Source: Sphyrna mokarran (lineage: Eukaryota). From it: 64,000 bases of DNA. The position numbers and the translations under genes were made by a program. The notes beneath the pieces are model-generated. The model was not told where the DNA came from, did not search any database, and saw only the letters and a list, made by a program, of their open reading frames with translations. Of the stretch, positions 11,931-24,239 are shown in pieces (position 1 is the first letter of the stretch; the number at the start of each line of letters is the position of its first letter). The DNA lies in assembly GCA_024679065.1 (NCBI GenBank), contig JAGIQG010000018.1, positions 21,266,001 through 21,330,000 on the forward strand, given 5' to 3'.

Positions 11931-14020
11931 TGTCTCAACATGCTTTGACTCTAAAGTCAGCAGTAGAAATCACAATGTTGATGGAATAGATGGAACTGGC
12001 TGCTAAAGAGGTTTCACAATTTGATGCAGGCATAAAGGTGCACAAGTTGAGAACTGCCCAAAAAAAAGCAAAAACGGCAACAAGCATGTTAAAGATGTGC
12101 CAAAATGGGCCACTCAAAGTAATTGCTGAAACAAGGATAGATAGCAAATGCAAGAGTTTGTGGCAAAATGGATCACATTGCAAAAGCTTGTTGGGCTAGA
12201 CCAGCCTCCACTGAGAATATTCAGAAGAAGAATTTGGGTACCTTCAGGAAGAACAAGTTGCATTCTAGAAAAATAATTTGCAATTTGGAAGAAAAGAACT
12301 ATGACCATGATGAAGAGTTCCAACTGAACCCTATTCATACAAGGTGCGTCACCGATTCTGGGTAATTTCGAAGGCTAGTATGGAAGTTAACGCTGGTGCA
12401 GTTGTATTTTTAATTCCTGAGACTAAATAACAAGAGCTGAAGCAGCTTCCTTTAAAACGAATTGATGTGATTTTAAGAACACACATAGACGAGATTGACC
12501 ATGAAGTAACCTGTTAACGGCACAATGTAGAGTTGAATGGAAAAACAGTGGAGTTGCCTCTCCATATGGTCTGTGGAAATTTTCTAGCTCTATTTGGGAC
12601 ATTGTGGTTCAAAGGTAAAGCTTAAGTGGAGTGTTGTAAACAAGTTGTTTGATGCCAAAACAGACCTACATTACTTTCTGGATAAATGCAATAGTCAACC
12701 AAAAAGTCTCAAAGCAAGAGCAGTGCCATATGCAATTTGTCCCAAGGCTGAAAAAGGATTAGCATGACTTATGAATACTGGTGTGTCATAACCAGTTACA
12801 ATGTGTGATAGGACTATCCCTATCATAACCATCATGAATCTAGATGGTCCAGTTTATATTTGTGGTGATTTTAAAACAACCATAAATACAATGTGTTGAT
12901 CAATAGCCGCTCCCTTTAATTGAAGATTTGTTTGCTGAGTTTTCAGGTGAGCAGAAATTCAGCAAGATTGATCTTTCACAAGTACATTTACAAGTCAATG
13001 TAGCTGTTGAATCTCCTATGTGTAACATCATAGTAATTTGTTGCCATGACCACAGAAGTAAAAGGAAAGGGTGTTATATATTTAAGTTGTTGTATGATTG
13101 ATTGTTTTAAGAGCTGGTGACATAATTTGATGGTCATGTCTTTTGGATGTTATGCGGGCTGCTGTTTTATTTTAGTTTTTATAGAAAAAGCTCTGAGACT
13201 AAACCTGTTGTTAGTTTGAATCTATATATGCAAACCACATCTTTTCTGTTTGTTTAAAATACACAACCCCAACATTAGAGAAAACTATACTGCTACTGAG
13301 GGACACCTTCACATAATGTCATTCATTAATTCTAACTTGTTGCACAATATCAAACCTACTACAGCCTGCTCATTGGTTGGCTCCAAAATGTGCTATTTTA
13401 AGAAACTATCTCAAAAGCATTCTAGGATTTCCTCATTTAGCCTACATTTGCCCATCTGATTCTTTTAGTTCTTATATTCCCCCATGATTATCGCATCTTG
13501 TGATATCGGTTTTGCACAACATTGGTTTCCACTGTCTCATTGTGATAAACTGATTCAGACAGACTCAGAAATAAATGAAAATAATTTCAAGCTAACAACC
13601 TTTTAGTGCTGAATTCCTGTTCAGGCCAAATACACTTCATTCACAAACTTGTAGCCAAGTATATGTTGTAGTAAGATTATATAAGTAAGCTGTCAATCAA
13701 CAGTCGCAATACAGAAACATTGCTGCTTAGTTTTACAAATTACTATTATTTTATCTCAGTGCTGAAATTCTGTTCAAGCTGGTTTTCTTTCCTCAGCAAA
13801 CCTGCACTCTGTCAGCCTCTTAATATTATAACTTTGTTTATCTAGTTCCTCAATAGAGAAGTATAATTCCTTTTCCAATTATTTAACCCCTGTCAAAATG
13901 TAGTGCATCTATAAGGAATTGTAATTCTGTAACTCCTCAACAATTCTTGTTCCCAGTCATCTGTTTCCCCCTTTAGGAAATCGTAATTATTTCAATGAGC
14001 TATGCTTTTTATCTCAACAG

Positions 14021-14137
14021 TTGGAACAGTCACATCAGGAGGTCTTCAGGTTACATGAACAAAACAGAGAATTGCAGGGGCAGCTGAGGGCGGCTCTGGA
14101 GAGGGAGCACAATGCACGGGATGGTTATGTTCTTCAG
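14021..14137 (+). CDS. MPRIP: MPRIP exon LEQSHQEV...RDGYVLQ (117 nt)
   Basis: caacag|TTGGAA ... CTTCAG|gtaagc; phase 0/0; resembles mammalian LEQSQ...AREGYVLQ. Confidence 0.95.
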
Positions 14138-14912
14138 GTAAGCGAAAGATAACCATTGTGCTACATCACTCAGGACTGTGGTCAGTAACACTGAGCTTGT
14201 TAATACTAAATTTTGTGCTCATCAACAGGGATTCTGTATTTAAATAATGATTCGTTGCACTTAATTGTTTAATTGAAAAATAGCATATTAAGAAATATTC
14301 TGTATTTGTATAGTTATAAATATAATACAATGTGGTGTTATATATATGCAGCACACCTCTTCAGTACTGTAAATTTTTACTCTTGCCCAGTTTATTTTGT
14401 GTTTCGTCCTCTTTATTTGCATGTTAATATGTGGCATGAAAACTAACTTTTGGGATTACCATTGAGAGTCACATCTCTGGCCTTTGCCATCAGGACAGCA
14501 CAGCTGAATGATCATGTATACTGAGCTACACTTCTGCTTCTTTTCCCAACGTACTGTATTAGTGCATGGCTTTGGTGCTGAGAGTTTTGCATGTCTGACT
14601 CTGATTATTTGTCTTCTGTGCATTGTGGATTGGTGGATTTGTCACAATTTGAATTTTCTCCAGAAATTCAGAATACTTGTCCCTTCCCCCCATCCATTTG
14701 TCTGGCACTCAACTATTCCAGTTGTTAAGAAGCTTGTTATTGGATACAGGCAGAAAGGTGAGGCAAACCACGTAACATGGAAAAGATCACAGTAGACTAA
14801 CCTATAATCTGACACTAGCAGTACCTTTCCTGGTCCAGTTTTGGCCAGAGGTGTGACATTCAGTATCTGGAGAAAAGAATGTTATTAACTAATCTCTCAT
14901 CATCTTTTAAAG

Positions 14913-17900
14913 TCAAAAGGAATATCCTCACCTTCAACTGCCTGGAAAAGACTCCAAAAACTAAACCGAGATATCCAAAATGAGCTCATAGCTTAATACG
15001 AGCAACAAACCCTGGTCAGTCAGCAACTGCAAATTTTAAAACAAAGCTATGAGGATGCAAATGATATTATCCACAGACAGGAGATGGAAATACAGAAACT
15101 GCAGGGACAATTAAATTGTGCAGTGTCTGAAGGATTGGGTCATGTACAAGTATTAACCAACAAAAGCAGGAATGACTACTGAAAACCAGAGGATCCAAAA
15201 CAAACAGAGTGGAGTCAAAAAGGGAAAACGATGACACTCCAATTAAAGGATAGAGAAGACAGTCCACATATTGTAGAAACTTCAGAGAAAATTCAGACTT
15301 CCAAGGAATTGGCAAAACAACAGACTCATCGAACAGGTTTGTCAGATAGATTATGTGACATCAACATTAAGTTTGGGAACCAGAAAGGCTCCACAGGAAC
15401 AATTAAATTTTAAAAAAAACTTATGAAGAGAAAAGGGAGATCCAAAGACAAAACATAAGGACCACAGAAGAAAAACTTATGCAACATGAGAATAAGCAAC
15501 AGATGGAACATCTGGAGATACCAGTAGGTTCAATAGAGAAGTGCCAGATAATGCACCAACTGGAAGAAAAGGAAATAACCATTAAATCTCTCTCACTGTG
15601 TCTTAAAAAGCTTAATAATGAAAGGGAAAAGCTGAATTCTAGATCTAAAGAGCTAGTTAATCAATTAATAGAAGTTGATGCTCAGAATGCCAAGTTACAG
15701 AGTCAGCAGACTCAACTGGACAATCTGGAAAGCTCATATGAAAAGTTATCTGGTGCATTTCAGCTAACTCAGAAAATGTTAGAAGAAAAGAACACAGAAT
15801 TGAAGGAGTCCAAGGAGGTACATGAAAACCTCATTGCAACTAAGAACAGAAAGCTTAATGAAGCCCTGGTTAAGCTGACTGCTCTGGGGAGTAGCCTGGA
15901 GGAGGCAGAGAATAAACTGCGGGCCAGAGAGGCAGCTTTGCAGAAATTCTGCTCTTCTAGTTCCAACACAAGTAGTATAAGTAGTAGAGAAGACTTTGAG
16001 TTGATGTTAAAACTGCCAATGTCATATTATTGAGCTGGAACAAAAATTAAATATATTGCAGCTTGGAAATGAAGAGCTTGAGCTTGAAAAATGACAAACT
16101 TAAAGAGGAACTCAGAGTTTCTGAAAATGTTCAAGAGCAACAATACAAAGAAATTATAAAACTATAGAAGAATTAAAAAGCCAGCTGGACTCTAATAGCC
16201 TTCAGGCCAGGGAAACAAAGCCACAAGTTTGCAGCAGCAACCTGTAGTTGCCCTAAAACTCAAAGAATTAGGTTTTCCAATACACTTTGTCAAAGATACA
16301 GTCCTGATGACGTAACAGAAAAATTGTGGGTCACAAACACTTCGGACATCACCCCGCATGGATGCTGTTCTGAAAAAAGGACCTTATTGGATGCATTAGC
16401 ACAGTGAACTCACAAAGATGATGCACAATTGTGCATTTCCACTGTTCATGCACTAGAATACAAATTTAATGTTAGTGAAGAAAAAAAATGACGTAAATTT
16501 GAAGTTGGAAGAGCAGCAAGGCAGAAGTTGAGAAAATTTAATGGAAAAACATTCTACATTTGTCCCAACTGAAGTGGAGCTGCAGGACAGTTTGTCTAAA
16601 ATTGATGCATTGACAATACAACTTGAAGTAGAAAAAGCATGGGACTGGAAGCTAGCCCAAGATACCAGTAGCCAATTAAGGTCGATGCAGCTGGAGTATG
16701 ACCAAGTCTGTTCACTGATGGGTACCTGTAAGCAAAATATCCAGTGTCATCTTGGAGGTAGGACTAAGGCAAAGAAAGTTCAGTTTTGTAGCTTGTCAGA
16801 GATGAAAAGTAGCCTGGCTGATGCTTCACATTGCTTGGAGTAGGTGGAACGATTCCTCCAGCAGTAGCGCAAAGAACTTCAAGAAACCCAAGACCAGATG
16901 CAATGTAGCACAGCTGATAGGACTGTACCGCTCCATGGACAGTTTGTTTTGGCAAGGGAGAAGGAACTATCTCAGCTTCCTGAGATGTTGGATAAGACAA
17001 ACTGAAACTTTTTGCTAATAAACTAGCTTTTGAAGCCTGAATTCTTTAAAAAGTGGCACAAGCTTTGCAAAGTAAAGATAGCGATGTTGTACGGAGCTTA
17101 AAAAGCCTCAGTAAAGAAGCTGAGATTTTGTCATCAGTTTTGCCTGCTTTAGACACGATCCGAAAACCACATAGCGCTGCAGACTTTGCAGATATTTTAC
17201 TGAAGATAATTATTTCGGAAGGAGAATTCTGGATAGAAGTAGAGAAGTTGAGGAAGAACATTCAACCAGAAGGAACTGCTGATAAGAAAACGGGAGAAGA
17301 TTTTGATAGTTTTATTAATGAGTTTGCCAGCAGAGCAGCTGATAGGGCATCTCTTAAGGCAGAGCTGGCATTCACAGTGCAAAAGATACAAGAGTACTTC
17401 AGTGCAAAAGTTGGGAAACTTAAAAAAGGCATTCAGGATGCTCAGCAGCAAATCAAACATAAAGAGAATATGTTGAAAGAAGTTCTAATAGCTACCAAGA
17501 CTGTTGAGATCAATAACACCATGCAGCAACTTTTGAGGGAACTTGAAAACCCAACTGACCCGGCAGAAAATGTGCTAATTATGAACCAGCCAGTGCTTAT
17601 TTCATATGCTGAACAAATCAAAAGGGAAGAGGCCCGGAATCTGGCTTTAAATGTTTTCGATAAGCAGTTGAAAAAACACCTTTCTGAGAATAACATGGAA
17701 TGGGAATTTTCCAGAACAGTCAGAGAAGAATTAGCTGAACAGTTAAAGAAACGAGCAATAGTTCTTCATCAATTATCTGAAGATTTGCAGGGTCCAACTG
17801 TTGAGGAAGCCAGCAGCATTTGTCAGAAGCTGTCAGAGATCTCACAAGTGTTATCATCTTACATCTACATGTGAAACATGAATAATTATGTATCTGTGAT

Positions 17901-18759
17901 GGTGCAAGAAGCCATGATTCAAGCTCAGATTACTTGCATGGTCTGTAGAATGAGCACAGGGCATGAGATGAAGCTCAAAATATATAAAGATTCATGTGAT
18001 AGTATGAACTCCTTATGCAAAGAACATGCAAAAAACCTTGCTTCTGTACGGGCAAAATATGAACAAATACTTCAGAAGGAATTGCATGATTATAAAGATG
18101 CATTTTCAGGGCTTGAAAAAGAAAATGAGACCCTCAGGATGCAGGCCTTGTTGCAAGACTCAAAATTAGAACTAAAACAAAAAGAATTACAAGAGATGCA
18201 AGAAAAGCACAAGCATCATCTCCATCAGACTGAAATAGATTAGTGCTTTGGGGAGTAGCCTGGCACTAAGCAAAAAACTGATTAATAGGGAAGAGGCGCT
18301 GAAGAAAAGAAGGGGTGATAACAGTCAGGAACAAGAACATGGAGAGAAAATTAAGAAATTAGAAGAAAGCTTACAAGATAACACAGAAGAATGTCTGATA
18401 ATGCATGAAGAGGAAAAGCATAATTTGTATAACAAACATGAGCAAAAGGTTAGACAGTTAAGAAAATTTCTGAAACCTCAAGGAGAAAGTTCAAAAATTA
18501 TATTTCACCAAAATTTCTTGATGCAGAATGGTGATTCCTATGATCAAGCAGGTGGTCAGTGCAATACCATGGTGATCAGTAGAAAGTTGCTGCAAGTTGA
18601 GGGGCAGGTGGAACTGGACTCCATGACAGTGCTGCATAAACGAATCCAAGAACTAGAGACCCAATGGACATGATGCGTGATGAACTGGGGCAGAAGCACC
18701 TAGAAGGAACCACTGCAGACCTAAGGAAAAAATACCCAAGAGACTTTGACAATCTGAAG
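14913..18759 (+). pseudogene. MPRIP: Disabled homolog of the MPRIP giant alternative coiled-coil exon (pseudoexon)
   Basis: Begins aag|TCAAAA SKGISSPSTAWKRLQKLNRDIQNEL, contains LNEALVKLTALGSSLEE, and ends LRKKYPRDFDNLK|gt. In-frame stops at 14994, 17038, 17047, 17872 and 18241, several frameshifts, and a length of 3847 nt that is not a multiple of 3. Confidence 0.85.
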
Positions 18760-19858
18760 GTTTCTGCATAAGTTAACACTAACACATTAAAATAACACAT
18801 TAAGCTCTAAAATTTGTATATCCAATAAAATAGTTGCATTTCTAGTAGCTACATTCTGACAAATTGTTCAGATTGAACAATCTAAAGAGATGAGCAGATT
18901 CTTGCACATAGGATCTCATTAGCATAAATATTTCACTTAATTATCTATTGTTAAACTGCAGTTAACATGCTACTCTATAGTGAATGAGTTCTTGGGGTGT
19001 TCCATTGTATCCTGTATAGAAGCAGGATGCAATTGATGATCTGCTCATAATTTGATTAATGATGCAATGATCAAAAAAATGCATTGTCTTACCCAGAGCA
19101 ATCGGACATATTATAGTAGTTCCTAAATATGCACAATGTAATTAAATAGACTTTCTCCTCTGAACTTTACTGTTTTTAAGCATTAAGCCACCTAGGCTTT
19201 AATCTGTCTCTTTCTTACCCATCAATTTCATCTTTAATATTTTTTCTGATTCAATGTCATCATTCAATCACTATCTGATGTTTAAATATCTTGCAAGCAC
19301 CTTGGCATCACAAACCAGTTGATAAAATTTTGTACATTTTTAAAAGATGTTTTATCCTCCACTCCTGAGCATTCAGGCTCATTAGTTTATTGTCCCTAAA
19401 GTTACCCAATTTTCATGCATGAACAAAGTGCACATTGATTGACTAATTATCTTTTGGGCACGCCACAACTAACTCCAATTGCTTGCGCATTTGACATAAG
19501 CAATTTTCACCAGTTAATGCTAGACAGTTAAACAACAGCCTTGGATGATTTTTCTCCTCCCAGTTCAGAGCATTGGTGCCAAGTCTACCATGCCAAAGTG
19601 TTTTGTAATACCAATACTCAACTAACCTAACTTAACATGACCTGGGACCTGAACATGGGATCTCCATGGTCTTTATGGTTCAATGTCACGCATCAAAAAT
19701 GTTGCATGTAACACTGAGCCATTGGGGTAGCCTCTGTAGATGCTAAATTGAGATATAGACAAACACATGTTACTGCTGGTTTTTATTAATGAAAACTTGA
19801 AGTCATCTCAGTAAAAAGATGTGATGCACAGTGAACAAACTTGTTTCCGTTCTGACAG

Positions 19859-20006
19859 GAAACCTGTGAGCGTGGTTTTATAGCAATGGAAGAATCACAT
19901 CAGAAAGTGATTGAGGAATTACAGAAACAGCACCAGCGAGAACTGGAGAAACTACAGCAAGAGAAGGATCGTCTACTGGCTGAGGAAACTGCTGCAACCA
20001 TAGCTG
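19859..20006 (+). CDS. MPRIP: MPRIP exon [16 protein letters not shown]...EETAATIA
   Basis: gacag|GAA ... GCTG|gtaaat; phase 0/1. Confidence 0.96.
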
Positions 20007-20082
20007 GTAAATTGGGAAATTTCCCCAATTGGGGAAAAAAAATCATATCAGATTCTAGATTTTGCTTTTGAATCAGTAACAT

Positions 20083-20402
20083 ATAAGAGAATCCCTACAG
20101 TGCAGAAGGTGGCATTTGCCCCATCAAGTCCGCACCGATTCTCCAGCAAAGCATTCCACCAGACCTAATCCCTGTAAATCCATGTCTTTATCCTGTTAAT
20201 CCCCCTACCCTACACATCTTGGGATACTAAGAGGTCAACCAACCTAACCCACACATCTTTGGACTGGGAGGAAACTGGAGCGCCTGGAGGAAACCCACGC
20301 AGACGCAGGGAGAACATGCAAACTCCACATAGTCATCCAAGGCCAGAATTGAATCCAGATCCCTGATGCTGTGAGGCTGCAGTGCTAAACACCCTGCTGT
20401 CC
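20083..20402 (-). mobile_element. V-SINE (HE1-like)
   Basis: V-domain and CR1-like tail on the reverse strand. Confidence 0.85.
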
Positions 20403-20409
20403 TATGATA

Positions 20410-21195
20410 TCCGATCCCAAATTCTTATTTTTTTGTAATATGTAATACACCATGAGCCATCATTCAATTCTTACCATGAACTCCATTGTCAGCCACCCAT
20501 TCCTCCATTTCTCATAGAAACTGAGACTGAACTAAACTCTTGATGGTTTTTTAAGAGTTGTGTTTGACTTCAAACACATATTTTTATGTCATCACTAAAA
20601 CCTGTTGTTTCCACCTCTGTAATGCCATCTGACCCCATCCCTGCCTCATCTGCTACTGAAACATCTGTATCTTTTGTGATATCTAGACTTAATTATTCCA
20701 ACTCACTCCTGGTTCAGCCTCCTATTTTCCATCCTACGTAAACAATGAGTTAGTCTAAAATTTAGCATTCTGTATCCTAACTCTAGTTCTATGCATCCAC
20801 AACCACTCTGCTTGCTGTCTTAATTCACTCCGACAATGCCTCAATTTTAAAACATGCATCTTTGTTTTCAAATCCATTTGTGAACTCACTTCTTGATAGC
20901 TGTACATTCTCTTCCAGCCTTTCAATCCCCTGAGATATCTATGTTTCTCCATTTCTGGTCTCCCGTGCATCCCTGGTTTTAATCACACCATCATTGATCA
21001 GCCCTAGGTCTGGAATTTCCTGACTGTCTCACCTCACCCCTCCTTTAATGCACACTTGATAATTTCTTGACCAAGCTTTTGATCATCTGCCAGAACATTG
21101 CCTTAGCTGGTTCAGTGTCAAATTTTATTTATAATGCTCCTATGAAGCACCCTAGGACATTGAACTACATTAAGGCTGCTAGTGCTGTTGTTGCA
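20410..21195 (+). mobile_element. Old L2-like LINE 3' fragment
   Basis: SRLNYSNSLL-like remnant near 20680, LVFKS remnant and an L2-type tail near 21140-21195. Confidence 0.6.
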
Positions 21196-21369
21196 TGTGA
21201 GCCAAACATTATGCCACATCTAGTTCTAACGAACAGTCAAACATTCACTGTTTTCTCTCCTTACAGATCCTGCCAGACCTGAGTTTTTCCAGCGTTGTCT
21301 GCTTTTGTTTTAGATTTTAGTATCCATAGTATTTTGTTTATATTAATATGTTTTGCTGTTTCTTTGTAG

Positions 21370-21487
21370 CTATTGAAGCAATGAAGAATGCCCACAGGGA
21401 GGAGCTGGAGCGAGAGATAGAAAAAACCCACCGGTCTCAAACCAGTGGTATGAATGCTGATATGGAGGCTTTGGGGAGACAGCACAA
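21370..21487 (+). CDS. MPRIP: MPRIP exon AIEAMKNAHREELERE...RQHK
   Basis: tgtag|CTATT ... CACAA|gtaagc; phase 1/2. Confidence 0.96.
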
Positions 21488-22264
21488 GTAAGCATCTCAC
21501 TTACACATGCATTCCCAACTGAGTAGCAATGTATTCCTAATACAATGGGCTCTACTTGTATAATATTCACAATTTGCTATAGTGGTTAAAAATTTGTTAC
21601 AATAACACTTACAAGATCTCTGTTTTGGCTTCTCAGTTCTGAACTGAGTATTCTGATTTATCAGCATCAGAAGACCCTGGTATCATTCTCCTGTGTCCAA
21701 CTTGAAGCCTAGTGTCACCAGTAAAATATTCTGGAGCCCCTACTGAGTCACCTACGCCAATCTTCTACAGCTGTAATTTTATAGCATACCCATTGCTTAG
21801 ATAGAAAACTGTATTTACTGTTTTAGCACCATGGTGTCCAAGTTTTCAGACTATCTTCAATACATCAGAACTGCTGGGTTTTTTCAGAGGCTAAGTTTTG
21901 AGCTTAACTTTAGCTAATACAAAAACTCTACAATATCCTGATGAAAGATATTTCTTTATTGACCAATGTATACTGAGAGAGAAGGGCTGGGCAATCCAAC
22001 AGTTCTCTGAAGTTACATCAAATTGGCCGTATAATTATTAAATTTCCAAAAATTATTTTACACACCCACTGGCTCATCCCAGTTGGAAATAAACCAATTA
22101 TCATTATTACAGGTCAGTTATTATTAGTAAATGTCATATGCCTTGGCTAATTACAGTTTTCCTCAGACAGCATTGGAATAGTGGTTGCGAATGATTTTTG
22201 ACAATTTTCCCATGGCCACCTGTTTAAGATTCCGCATCTTATCTGGTTGAAAGCTTTGTCTATT

Positions 22265-22598
22265 CATAGAAACCCTACAGTGTAGAAATAAGCCCTTCGG
22301 CCCATTGGTACACCGACCACAATCCCACCCAGGCCCTATCCCCATATCCCTATGTACTTATCCACTAATCCCTCTAACCTACACATCCCAGGATACTAAG
22401 GGGCAATTTTAGCATGGCCAATAAACCTAACCTGCACATCTTTGGACTGTGGGAGGAAACCGGAGCACCCGGAGGAAACCCACACAGACACAAGGAAAAT
22501 GTGCAAACTCCACACAGACAGTGACCCGAGCCGGGAACTGAACCCAGGTCCCTGGAGCTGTGAAGCAGAGTGCTAACCACTGTGCTACCATGTCGCCC
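22265..22598 (-). mobile_element. Near-complete V-SINE (HE1-like)
   Basis: A/B-box-like head (GGTAGCACAGTGG; GGTTCAGTTCCC), V-domain and tail. Confidence 0.9.
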
Positions 22599-22654
22599 TT
22601 TAAACTGTCTGGGTTTGCTAGCTTTGTCCTTGGCTTATGAATTTTCTAATCGGA

Positions 22655-23880
22655 CATAGAAGATTGGAACAGGAGAACATTTAGCCCTTTGAGCCTGCTC
22701 TGCTATTCATTATGATCATGACTGATCATCCAACTCAATAGTCTAATCTTGCATTTTCCCCATAAACTTTGATCCCATTAGCTTCAAGTGCTATATCCAG
22801 CCACCCCTTGAATACTTTCAGTGTTTTGGTGTCAATTACCTCCTATGGTAATGAATTCTACAGCTCACCACTCTTTGGATGAAGAAATGTCTCATCACCT
22901 CTGTCCTAAATGGTCTACCCTGAATCCTTGGACTGTACCCCTAGTTCTGGATTCCTGTACCATCAGGAACATCCTCCTAGAATTCGTCTGAACTCCAGTT
23001 AACCTAGTCAATTTCTTCTCATACGTCAGTCCCACTATCCCCAGAATCAGCCTGGCAAACCTTCGCTGCACTCTCTTGACAGCAAGAACATTGTTCCTCA
23101 GAAAAGGAGACCAAAACTGCACACAATGCTCTAGTGTGGCCTCACCAAAACCCTGTATAGTTGCAATAACACATTCCTGCTCCTGTACTCAAAACTTCTC
23201 ACAATAAAGGTCAGCATTTCATTTGCCTTCCTTACTGCTTGCAGCTCCTGCATGCTTACCTTCAATGACTAGTGCACAACGACACCCAGATACACTCTCC
23301 TCTGCCATTTTACAGCATTCAGGTAGTAATCTGCCTTCTTGTTTTTGCTTCCAAAGTGAATAACCTCACACATATCCAAATTATACTGCATCTGCAATTG
23401 ATTTGCTCACTCACCCAACTTGTCCAGATCATTCTCAAAGATCTTTGCATTCTCATCACAGTTCACCCTCCCACCCAACTTGGTATTATCTGCAAACTTT
23501 GAGATGTTACATTTTGTTCCCTCATCCAAATCATTAATATATATTGTGAATAGCTGCAGTCTCAACACTGATCCCTTGGCACCCTATTAGTTATTGTCTG
23601 CCAATTTGAAAAGCACCCATTAATTCTTTGTTTCCTCTCTGCCAACCAGTTTTCGATGCTTCCCCCAATTCCATATATTTTAATCTTACGTGATAATCTC
23701 TTATGTGGGACTTCGTCAAATGCTTTCTGAAAGTCCAGATATACTGATATCAATTGTTTCTTCCTTGTCAGCTCTACTTGTTACGTCTTCAAAAAATTCC
23801 GACAGATTTGTCAAACATGATTTCCCCTTCATAAATCCATGCTCTCTCTGATCCTGTCACTGCTTTCTAAATGCCAAGCT
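22655..23880 (-). mobile_element. Decayed CR1 LINE
   Basis: VYLDFQKAFDEVPH and QFWSPFLR..VQRRFARL remnants; same subfamily as 44160-45300. Confidence 0.85.
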
Positions 23881-24239
23881 ATAAAGTTCATAAGGACTGT
23901 CTAGAGTCTTTATTGATAACAACTATGCTTCCGTGGATGGATTGTTATAAAAAATGTGGTTCACTCCACTGGACTATTTTCCCGTAATGCCTTAGAACTC
24001 TGCCATTGGTCAATCTTTAGCATACTTTTCAGAAATACATGTTTAAATTCTTTAAATGTGATTGTGTTTCTATGCAAACAATACCTGTAAAATATATGTA
24101 AAGGGTAGTCTGTGATTTTTATCCTAAGTTAATCCATTCTGTTTTAATTGTTTTTATTAATGATTTAGTCCCAGGGTATTTTAAATCTCTCTCACAAGAC
24201 CCACTTTACATACTTACCTTTCTGAATTTCTAAATGCAG

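Larger units (their letters stand above)
8958..13274 (+). mobile_element. Decayed Gypsy LTR retrotransposon, LTRs ~8958-9162 and ~13072-13274
   Basis: Two similar ~200 bp direct repeats ending CACAACCCC(T)AACA. Polypurine tract AAAAGGAAAGGG precedes the 3' LTR. Gag remnant PKSLIITEQFRL near 9700; RT remnants (CGDFKTT, FSKIDLSQ) at 12850-12990. Confidence 0.8.

Noticed and set aside
15479-18673. Separate coiled-coil ORFs (184, 273, 121 and 141 aa) as independent genes
   Set aside because: They are colinear fragments of the single disabled MPRIP giant exon.
22530-22598. tRNA-like A/B boxes
   Set aside because: This is the head of a V-SINE, not a tRNA gene; no complete cloverleaf is evident.
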